Of a DNA stretch of 64,000 nt, positions 46,368 through 64,000 are shown one piece after another. The DNA is taken from the NCBI GenBank assembly GCA_012295275.1, contig CM022675.1, positions 4,588,001 to 4,652,000 on the forward strand, in the 5' to 3' direction. Both the position numbers and the translations under genes were made by a program. This DNA is from Chrysomallon squamiferum (taxonomy: Eukaryota; Animalia; Mollusca). The number at the start of each line of letters is the position of its first letter. Position 1 is the stretch's first letter. Below the pieces are notes generated by a model. That model did not search any database. It worked only from the letters and a program-made list of their open reading frames with translations, and had not been told where the DNA came from.

Positions 46368-46403
<36 letters not shown>

Positions 46404-47264
46404 CATACACATACATATATATATTAATTTTTCCTGTTTCTAACAGAGAACGATGTAATAACATCATTGTTTGAATGGTTGTTTAACTGGTCAGACTGTA
46501 TATCTGAGACATGTATTTCACTAAAGGACATGACATGGAAGAAAAATTATGAAAATTTTCTTAAGCTAACGAACAACACACTCTCAGCTATGAAAGAACT
46601 TTTAACAAAACCAGAAAGACAGAACCGATCATACTGGATTGCACTTCACAGAGAAGTTAAATGGAGGTGGATTAACGGTACATTTTTCTTTAGTGTCCTA
46701 AGAAATAATTACGTATTTATTAATTAATTTATTTATTCATTTATTTATTTCATTTTATTTTTTTTATTTTTTTTATTTTTTTTACATTTTATTTTTGAAA
46801 TTTTAAAACATTTTATTTCATTTACATACTTATATGTTTTTATCTATCTATCTGGTCTATTTATCTATTTATCTGTCTACATACACACATACACACACAT
46901 ACACATATTCACACATATTCAAGCTTTGTTTTATTCTATTCATTTATTTTATTATTTTTATTATTTTTATTTTTTTATATTTTTTTATTTTTCAGGTAAA
47001 GAAGTGTCGTACTCGAAACAGATTTCTGACAATACGAAGTTTCTTAAAAGTTTGGTTTGGTCCGTTGATAGTGATGATTATGATTATTATCCTCCACAGA
47101 CAAAACTTCAGACTATTTGTCAGAAGTGTGAGTATAGAGACACAAATAAAACATCACAAGTTTTTTGTATACGTATAATTTACAAGTTATGTTTAGGGTA
47201 AAATGTAATTCAAAAGTAAAATGCCTTTTTCTTGGATATTATAGTTTGTAATTCTGTGCATTCA

Positions 47265-47331
<67 letters not shown>

Positions 47332-47434
47332 AGAGAGCATTTGTGCAGATGTTTTTTTATGTATCTATATAGGTATGTGTTATAAAAGACATTTCTATTT
47401 CAGAATAAGCTGTCTATATTCTAAAACAATAGTA

Positions 47435-47488
<54 letters not shown>

Positions 47489-49651
47489 TTAAAAGATGAC
47501 TTACAATTAGTTTTATATTGAAAACAAATCTAATATCTTCTAGAGAAAATCTTTTTTATATTTACAGACAATTTAACTACACAAGCAACATCGACATCAG
47601 GGGAGATAATTCCAACAAAAGAATCCGGTGAGACACAACATCCATCAAACAAGTCAGGTCAGTTTTAATTTTACTATTTTGTTTTAAGAGTTTTAACTAA
47701 TTTTATTTGACTAAATTTAATTTACTAAATATATTTTATTAGTTTTTATTTGTATTTATATATTTCTTTACTTGTTTTATTTTGTTAGATTTAATTTACT
47801 AGATCTATTTCCTACTTTTAATTCACTAAATTTATTTTATTAATTTTATGACTAGTATTCATTTACTAGATTTGTTTAAATTAATTAAGTTTATTTATTT
47901 TTATTTTTATACCCAGTTTCTGTGTGTTAGATGGCTTATTTAATTTACAAGAATTATGTTACTATTTTATAATTTACTAACTTTATTTTACTAGCTTGTA
48001 TTAATTTACTAGATTTATTCTGCAAATCTTATTGAAATAAATTAAATATATTTTCATTGTTAGTATTCTTTTATTTTTTTATTTTTAATAATATGTTTTA
48101 TATAACATAAATTGAAAATAGGGCAAATAATGCGTCATATCTGTGTTAAAATTAGTAAAATTATTTCAGTAATAAGTGAAAAATATAATAATAATAAAAT
48201 ATATAGATACATACATATATACATACAAATATTTACATAGTTAATTCCTCTTATATTAAAATCAATGTTATTATGTAATTATTTTCAGCATATGTTGGTG
48301 GTGGTGTCGCTGCTGTTGTACTGGTTTTGGTCGTCATTGTTGTCGTCGTAGTTTGGTCTAGACGGTGAGAATTTGTTGTAATCAATCATTACATAAAATT
48401 AAAGTATGAAATATGAAAGAAAAAATAGAGAAGGAAAAAAGAATGAATGAATGAAAAAGAAAGACAAAATTATGTGTTCTTCACGATGTGTGTTAGAAAT
48501 GCTAAAACAAAACAAAAACATGGTGAAATAAAAACATGAACGAAAATAAACGATAGAAAAAATATGAATGAAAGTAAATAAATATATATATACACATTTC
48601 ACTGTTATTCTTCTTAGTTAACGTCAGTTTAATTTGAAATGTAAAATAGTTTTTCCTTTGAATCATCAGAGTCGTCAGGACAGAACCTCGTATAATAAAA
48701 CTAACTTAGGATTTCACAGTTTCAATTTAAATAATGTCTTCATTTTTCAGAACACGTCGATTTTGTTTTAAAACTCAGAAGTTACCAGAATCAAGAATTA
48801 ATTTTAACAAAAGAAACAATGAAATCAGCTCTGCTGAAGATTTACAAAGTGGTCACACAAATCCGAGTTATGAGATAACAACGACATCGACGTCGGCAGA
48901 TTATGAATTTGAATCAGAAAATCAAGGAAACCACAGTGTTTACTACAACGTCCCAAACGGAGTTACTATCAACGTGGAAAACAGAAATGATAACGACTAC
49001 GACATCGCAGATGTTAAAGCAGTTCCGGAAAAAACTTCTGCTGACATCAAAAATGGCGATTACGACACAGTGGATATCAACACGGCAACTACTACAACAT
49101 CTGAAGTGGATAGTCATCTGTCAGTCATCCATGACGACGACAGCAACAACGCAGATACAACAAACACAACAACTCGTACATCTAACATCTACAACCACAT
49201 TGTTGGGGACGACAACGGCGACTACGATACCTGTGATAAGAAAAAGAAAACAACAACGTCTCATGTCTACAACCGACTTGGTGTTGACAATGACAGCGAC
49301 TACGACAGCACAAGCAAAGAAAAGACAACTGCAACTGTATCTGACGTGTACAGCCACCTCGTTGATTCTGAAGACTACGACACCATGGAGAGGAAACCTC
49401 CAACATCAACAACAACATCAGAACTGTATAACCATCTTAACCAACCTGACATCAACCCCTACGACATCGCTGATACCGTTACTTCCGATTTACCACACCC
49501 CAGTCTGTGTAGAGATACTGCCTCGCCTAACAATCAAATTCCCACTAGGAAATTAGAAATCTCTGATAACGTCCACGACAGTTCCGACAACAACGACAAC
49601 GTTTCTGAAGGCAGTGGACATTTTTATTTTGTTCTGGAAAAGTCTGATTGA
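43517..49651 (+). CDS. Copy B3: CTLD-WSC-CTLD receptor with full Tyr-rich tail (~707 aa if repaired); two lesions, so pseudogene or consensus error
   Basis: Exons: 43517-43583, 44348-44573, 44786-44922, 45301-45430 (GKQCYCK...RCAGTYEEYCGG), 45668-45802, 46447-46677, 46996-47127, 47568-47657, TM 48289-48364 and 48751-49651 (ends FYFVLEKSD*). Exon 2 is 226 nt versus 225 in paralogs (extra T at 44541-44544). The exon-5 donor is AT at 45803 (GT in B1). Confidence 0.75.
46224..46365 (+). pseudogene. Truncated duplicate of exon 6 (CTLD2 N-half) within B3
   Basis: ETKALKLFLTWLLHLSVCKSETCISLTDMTWKKNYENFPKLTNNTLS matches 46447-46590, then is cut by a (GT)n/(AT)n run. It has no AG acceptor at the homologous site. 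Confidence 0.75.
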
Positions 49652-49859
49652 AAAGAATATCAGTAGTAACTCGATCGATATTTTGATACAAAATTTGTCG
49701 TCTGATATGAAGTGTCTTTTGAAATCCATCTTAACAGTGTCTCATACCACTTTTTATTGTTATTATTATTATTATTATAATTATTATCATTATTATTATT
49801 ATCATTATTATTACTATTATTATTATTATCATTATTATCATCATTATTATCATTATTAC

Positions 49860-49899
<40 letters not shown>

Positions 49900-50003
49900 A
49901 TTATTATTATTATTATTATTTATGTATTAACATTGCTTCATTCTATTTTTATGTTTTAATATTTAATCTTATGTTTTGAGATTTTATTGTTGATTGATTT
50001 ATT

Positions 50004-50034
<31 letters not shown>

Positions 50035-51864
50035 AAACACTATGTTAATAGTTCATACCGCTTCTTTTGTTCGCATTATTTGTATTATTACTTTTACATT
50101 TGTATTTTCTATTTGAGTTTATCCTAATATCTAAATGAACTTTTCGTCTGTGCGATTGTTTTTTTACCTTATTTCTGTGACATGTGAAATCTGTTCTTAC
50201 ACTAACTTTTTAAGTATTAATCTGAGCTGATGTAAAATTTTGTCCAAGAAATCCTCGCTAGCTGATTTTATTTTTATTATTATTATTCTTATAACAGTTT
50301 AAGTGTACGTTATACGAAATTCCGAAATCCTACATTGGAGATTGTGATGTGTTACAGTTTTCCAGTAGATGTAGCCAAGTTTACGTCATGCACTAACTTA
50401 TTATAAATATTATTGTACATAAAGACTATATGTGTATCTGTGCATGTCTATGTATGTATGTATGTATGAATGTATGTATGTATGGCTGTGTGTATGTATG
50501 TGTGTGTATGTTTCTGCATGTTTTATTATATATTAATATATAGTGAAATGTATGAGAAAAAATGTATTACATTACTTTTCATTATATTATATAATGAATC
50601 TATATAATCAACTAAGGATATTTTAATATTTTATTTTTGTAATCCTTCGTATACATTTTGCATTTTCTGTTTCGAACTCGAAGTCTGTTTTATACTAACA
50701 TTTTTACGGTTAACCTAACTTTATTGTGATACAGTAAACCTTGCTATTATTAAAACTGATCATTCTGCATATCTATATATTTTGTCTTTCCAACGTTTGA
50801 CTTATTCTCTGTTTCAAGTGCTATTTGAATAAAAAATAGATAAATGGAAAATCTGAAGTCTTATCTTTGTGTTTATTGCACGAGTGTTACTTTGTAGTAT
50901 GAAGAAAAAGTTTGAATTTCAGTTGGAAGTACTTTGGCATAGCGGTCATTTTGTTATGATTTTTGTGAACCTGTATCACTAACATCGTTCATACACTACT
51001 TGTTACGTTCACGAGGTTTTGTCTACGAGTTTTCTTCATACAAACAGCCTCGACAAAACACAAATTAAATATCTTAGTTTCATTCCTTTGTCCAGGATAA
51101 TATACTGTTTTGTCACCCGAAAGTCCTAGAAAAGCTTGATGAAAAATGTCTATAATGTCTCTTTACTGTTTTCGAGAGATAATCTCGCTTCAGAAGGGGT
51201 CCTTGAAATTTGAGCCTTAAAAAGTTACATCGCCACAAACACACACACCCAAACGCACACGCACTCTCTATCTCTCTCATACACGCACACACACATTCTC
51301 TCTCACACACACATGTACATACACTTAAACACTCACAGAGAGACACACACAAACACACACACACACACACACAGACACACACACATATATACGATGTCTT
51401 TCTAGAGGTATATTCGTGTTTATGTGGTTTATATTATTTTACATTTCAACATCTGAACATTCTAAAAGTTGATTTTCAAGAACCTAGGTTTACTACAGCT
51501 TTTTTTTTTTTTTTTTCACAAAACAAACATTTCTAGCTGCATTCAGTGAAGTCAGACTTTGTGACGGAAATACAACTGTGAAACTTAGTGTAATGTAATA
51601 TATTAATTTTATTTTAACTGTTTTGTGAGACAATTGCTTTTGATGTCTCACCATATCGGTATGATTGTTTCTGAGGCTTCACAGACTGGGTCCATCATTA
51701 AAAAATCCAGACTGAAGTTTCAGTTAATTGATTACTACAAACAAACAGCAAACTTTAACTAACAGAGTGACTAGCATCTGAAACCAGTGTTATCAGTCAG
51801 GTATTTCTCACAGATCATATATATTTAATAATGTAAATTTAATAATAATAATAATGAAAATGAC

Positions 51865-51897
<33 letters not shown>

Positions 51898-53703
51898 AAC
51901 AATAAAAATGTATTTGTGATATTAAAACCAATGGGAGGGAAAAAGAAAGAACAAGAAAGATAAAATGTCACATTAACACACAGGAGATATTATTATGACG
52001 TAGGTGACAACCATATTATATAACTGTGTGTGTCTGTATTATCCGCTATTTGTCGATCTGCGCTATTTTAAGACTGCGCTGCGCATTCTAATGATCGGTA
52101 AAACTCGCGATATTCTCGAGATCACTTCGAGTCAAATCAGTTACACCCGTGCAAAGAGTTAAACTGCATGTTTCACTGGAGACTGCACACTATCATTAAA
52201 TAAAATAAACAGTGTAAACCTGAACTGGAAAATTGTATTTCTATTTGTGACATCCTGTGAATTTGAAGTGCATATTTTTCAAAATTAAACTAATATGAAA
52301 CGTGTGGCCTAATTTACGTTGACCTGTAAATTGAATACAAACACATTTTGTGTCTAAAATCAAGGATATTTAAAGATAATGTCAGAGCATATAACTAAAT
52401 AAATAACTTTAAAAGTATGTAAAATTAAAATTTTAGAACATCAGTTTTAAAACTAATGACAAGTTTCTAGTGAGATTTTGCAATATATTACTTATCATAA
52501 ATTTAGTAATAAAACGTGGTGAGTACAAAAATGTGACAAAACACGTTGTTATCTCATTACTACCTGGGAGACCTGACATTCGTCAACTTCAAAGTTTTTA
52601 GTTTAACAAAGTGAAACAAGTAATTTTGTAGTATGGAGAGTGACTGACATCACTAAACATAAACAATACAAGCGACATTATTTTGTTATAAACAATCTTC
52701 AAATAAAAATCACAGAACAGGCAAGCAGAATTTGAAACTGAATGAATTTACAATATTTATCTGAAGATAAAAATTATTTTTATTTACCTGTACGACAAAG
52801 AATTCTAAAAATACATAAACTACATTATAGGTAGAACGTAGATGACTGTGAAGATGATCTAAATTAATTATAGCTGTTTGTTTAATTAGTATTAACATTC
52901 TCTGTATGACTGAGATATACTACTTGTGTAATCTTTGTCCCAGGTAATACCCCACCCATATTTTTATGTGTCAAAATCATTCTGTAAGAAAACAACTACT
53001 TCCATTATTGCACATGTCTTCAAATATTGCATTTTAGTTGATAAAAAATATTTTTGCAAACTTAATATTAATTGTTTTTAAATAAATGTCACAGGTCAAA
53101 TTTTTTTTTTTTAGAAGTAGACTCTTACTATGTCATTAGAACCAGATTCCGAAACGTCTCGTATTTATCAGCTTTCGAAAGAACTGAAGTAGACACTGGT
53201 TTTTAATCTAATATTGTCTGTTCTCTCTGTAATCTTACCTTGTCATCCTGAAAATTAGCTGTGAATAGATGTTCACGAAAACAGGCAAAGAACGGGTGCA
53301 GATAAAAATAAACTGGAAATAGGTATATATATATATATGAAAATAGGCTGGGAATGTGTGTTTATGTGAAAATTAGCTTGAGTATGTACGCCTTAGTCAT
53401 GTAAGCATGTTTGATTGTATGTATCTATGTAATTCATACAACTTACATTAGCAAAATGAACGCCTCACTTATAACTATACTAACACAACATTACAAACAG
53501 TGTATTCTGTAACCTAAGTATCCATTCATTGATAAACGTTTATTGTGAGGCCACTAGCTGTCTGGGCTATAACACACTCATGACCTGTTTTCCTCTTTCT
53601 ATTAATATCTACTTCCTGGTTGGTTCAAGCAAACCTGTTTTAATATCGTCTTGTGTACGAAGTTTTGTAAATAAAAATAAAGAGAAGAAAACAAAAAGAA
53701 ATA

Positions 53704-60351
<6,648 letters not shown>

Positions 60352-60978
60352 AAAGAATGTCAGTAGTAACTCGATCGATATTTTGATACAAAATTTGTCG
60401 TCTGCTACGAAGTGGTTTTTGAAATCCATCTTAAAAGTGTTTCATACCAATTTTTTATTTGATTTTTTTTTTTTTTTTTTTTTTTATTTGATTTTTTAAT
60501 TTTTTTTTTTTTTTTATTATTTATTTTATTACTTATTTTTATCTTGTTGTTGTTGCTGTTTTAAACATGATGTTAATAATGTCTAATACCACTTTTATTG
60601 TATGATTATTTGTATTATTAATTTTTTATTTTTTTATTTTGTATTTGTACTTTATCCTGATCTTCTTTATTTTGATCTTGTTGTTGTTGTTGTTGTTATT
60701 TCTGTTATTTTATATATTTTATTTTTCTACTGTTATCATTTGTTATTTTTATTATTATTATTTTTTTTTTTATGCATGTTTGTTTATTATTATTATTTTT
60801 TCTTATTATTATAAAAGGTTAAGGAAAGTTTATTGAAAATTTTGAAATCCTAAGCAATCACAAGCCTTACTTCATGCACAAATTTATTACAAATATTATG
60901 TAAAATACCTCATCAGTGTCTGTATATTTTTGCACGTGTATATATATCTCTATGTGTCTATGTATGTTTGTATATATA

Positions 60979-61737
60979 CAGTGGTACCTCGATGTACGAG
61001 TGCCTAACTAACGAGTTTTTGAGTTACGAGCCGTCACCCGGTCGATTTTTTCCTTTGAGTGGGAAGCGAAAATCCGAGTTACGAGCGAGTTTCAGATACA
61101 CTGCTGCTAGTTGGCGCAGCGAACAACAAAACATCCACGCAGCATCCCGCATCTGACTCGTTTACTTCACGTGGTTACCTCGCCGCGGAAGCATGTCTGT
61201 CCTGTTATGGTCGTGTTTTTGTGTAATTTTCATAAATTTCATTTTTCTGACTATGGATCCTAAGAACGTGAGTGACTGTACTGAGAAGAAAAAGCGGATG
61301 ACGTCCATTGAATTAAAGCTTGAATTCATAGAAAAACATGAGTGAAGTGTGCATGTAGTTGACGTGGCCAGGCAGTATGAGCGTAGTACTTCTACAATAT
61401 GTACCATACTGAAGCTGAAAGAGTCGATAAAGGCTGTAACTCCAGCAAAAGGCTTTAAAATAATTTGTGTGGTCTCCAAGATAAATACAATTTAAAAAAA
61501 CAAAGTTATTTCTTTACATTCTCTTTTATTTTGTTTGTATACAATAATTTTTACTTATAAATACACTTTCCTTATTGAAAAACACGTTACAAATATTTCG
61601 TGTGGTTTATGGGAAGCTGGAACGGATTAATGGTATTTCAAATAATTTCATTTAGGAAAACTGATTTGATATACGAGCAAATTGAGATACGAAGTAGGTC
61701 GCTGAACGAATTAAACTCGTAAGTCAAGGTACCACTG
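60979..61737 (+). mobile_element. Internally deleted Tigger/pogo (Tc1-mariner) DNA transposon
   Basis: TIRs CAGTGGTACCTCG...CAAGGTACCACTG with TA on both sides. A CENP-B-type HTH remnant from 61253 reads MDPKNVSDCTEKKKRMTSIELKLEFIEKHE*SVHVVDVARQYERSTSTICTILK. Confidence 0.9.
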
Positions 61738-62999
61738 TACATCTATATATAGTAAAATAATAAATGAAAAACATCAAGGTAGAAAAGAATATATTTATCT
61801 TTATATTACATTACTTCACATTATATACCTATTCTATATAATCAGCTAAGGATATTTTAATAGTTTATTTTAATAAGTTTTCATATATATTTTGCATTTT
61901 TGTTTCGTTCTCCAAGTCTGTTTTACACTAACTTTTTACTATTAATCTAACTTTATTGTGATACAGTAAACCTCGCTACTATTCAAATGGATCATCAGGT
62001 AAATCGATATATTTTGACTTTCGTATGATTGATTTATTTTCTGATTCAAGTGCTATTTGAATAAAAAAAAATGGATAAATGGAAAATTTGAAGTCTTATC
62101 TTTGTGTTTATTGCATGAGTGTTACTTTGTAGTGTGAAGAAAAAGTTTAATCTCAGTTCATTAGGAAAGCGGCCATTTTGTATGGTTTTTCGAACTAGTA
62201 TCACTAACATCGTTCATACACTACTTGTTACGTTCACGAGGTTCTGTCTACAGTTTTCTTTATATAAACAGCCTCGACTAAACAAAAATAAAATATGTTA
62301 GCTTCATCTATTTGTTCAGTGTAAAAGGTTTTGTCACCCGAAAGTAGTGGAAAACCTTCATGAAAAATTTCTGTAAAGTCTGTTAACTATTTTCAAGAGA
62401 AAATCTCGCTTCAGAAGGGGCCCTTGAAATGTCAGGTTTGCTCAAAATGGCAATTGCAAGAAAAGTGGTCAAAAAAAAAAATTAAACATTAAAAAAGGAT
62501 ATCACCACACACAAACACATACATACACAAACACACACACACAAACACAAACACACTCACACAAACACACACATACACACAAACACACACACACAAACAC
62601 ACACACAAACACACACACACAAACACACACTCACACAAACACACACATACACACAAACACACAAACACACCCAAACACAAACACAAACACACAGAGTCTC
62701 TCTCACACACACACACAAACATACACGCACACAAACACACACAGTCTCTCTCACACATACATATACACACACACATACACACACACGTACACACACGATG
62801 TCTTTCTAGAGGTATTGTCGTGTTTATGTGGGTTATATTATTTTACATCTGAACATTCTAAAAGTTGATTTTCAAGAACCTAGGTTTACCACAGCTTTGT
62901 TTTTATTTTTCACAAAATAAGTTCAGACCCAAACATTTCTAGCTGCATTCAGTGAAGTCAGACTTTGAGAGTGACGAGCTCTCTAAATGAGGGAAACAC

Positions 63000-63216
63000 A
63001 ACTGTGAAACTTAGTATAATGTAATATATTAATTTTATTTTAACTGTGAAACTTAGTGTAGTGTAATGTATTAATTTTATTTTAACTGTGAAACTTAGTG
63101 TAATGTAATATATTAATTTTATTTTAACTGTGAAACTTAGTGTAATGTAATATATTAATTTTATTTTAACTGTGAAACTTAGTGTAGTGTAATGTATTAA
63201 TTTTATTTTAACTGTT
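63000..63216. repeat. 42-bp tandem repeat, ~5 copies
   Basis: Unit AACTGTGAAACTTAGTGTAATGTAATATATTAATTTTATTTT. About 3 copies are present inverted at 25835-25962. Confidence 0.9.
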
Positions 63217-63420
63217 TTTGTGAGACAACTGTTCTTGATATCTCGCCATCTTTCCATGATTGCTTTTGAGGCTTCACAGACTGGGTCCAATGAATAAACA
63301 GTGTGAAGTTTCAGTTAATTGAACAAACAAACAGCAGAGTTTAACTAAAAGAGTGACTATCATCTCAAACCAGTGTTATCAGTCACATATTTCTCACTGA
63401 TAATATATATTTATTAATAA

Positions 63421-63494
<74 letters not shown>

Positions 63495-64000
63495 TAATGG
63501 CGATGTATTAATGATATTAATAACAATGGGAGGGTAAGAAAGAACAAGAAAGATAAAATGTGACAGTAAGAGATAGGAGAGATTGTGACGACCTCTGTGA
63601 CAACGTCATTATGTAATCGCGTGTGTATGTGTTCTGCTCCATTTGCCAATCTGAGCTATCTTAGACTACGCTGCACTTTATTACGATCCATAAAACTCGC
63701 GGTAAACTCAAGTCAGATTAGTTACACCCGTGCTAAACGTTAAACTGCGTGTTTTACTAGAGACAGCACATAATTATTAAATAAAATATACACTGTAAAC
63801 CTGCCTGATTTTATTTTTGTTTGTGACACACACATACACACCCTGAATTTGAGTGAAACCTTTTTCTTAATTAAACTAATACAAAAAGTGTGGCCTAATC
63901 TACACTGATCTCTACATTAAACAAAAAACACGTTTTGTGTTTAAAATGAAGGAGGTTCACTGATAATATCATAGGATATAACTAAAGAAATAAAGTTCAG

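Noticed and set aside
48903-49556. Overlapping alternative-frame Thr-rich ORFs in the tail exons (also 59630-60499, 26707-27240, 3160-3873)
   Set aside because: By-product of GAC/AAC/TAC-rich codons. Stops differ between paralogs and the splice phase selects the Tyr-rich frame.

Overview
AT-rich, microsatellite-rich animal (invertebrate-like; mollusc/cephalopod is plausible but cannot be shown) genomic DNA with one 200-N gap. The whole window is a tandem array of one ~10-exon gene family that I reconstructed by hand from splice sites and intron phases. The encoded type-I membrane protein has a signal peptide, a C-type lectin-like domain (CTLD) with a WSC domain inserted between its two halves, a second CTLD, a Ser/Thr stalk, a TM helix and a ~290-aa tail carrying about 15 tyrosines (NPxY, ITIM-like SVYxxV, four YxxL-x5-7-YD repeats, C-terminal YFVLE). 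Six copies in two alternating subtypes are present: A1, B1, A2 and B2 on the minus strand, then B3 and A3 on the plus strand. There are also orphan exon fragments, and the array appears to continue at both ends and into the gap. The copies show birth-and-death decay, graded tail truncations, near-identical tracts next to hypervariable exons, and exon duplications. Together these suggest an immune or self/non-self receptor cluster (inference). Tigger/pogo and hAT (Buster/Charlie-like) relics and several minisatellites are also present.
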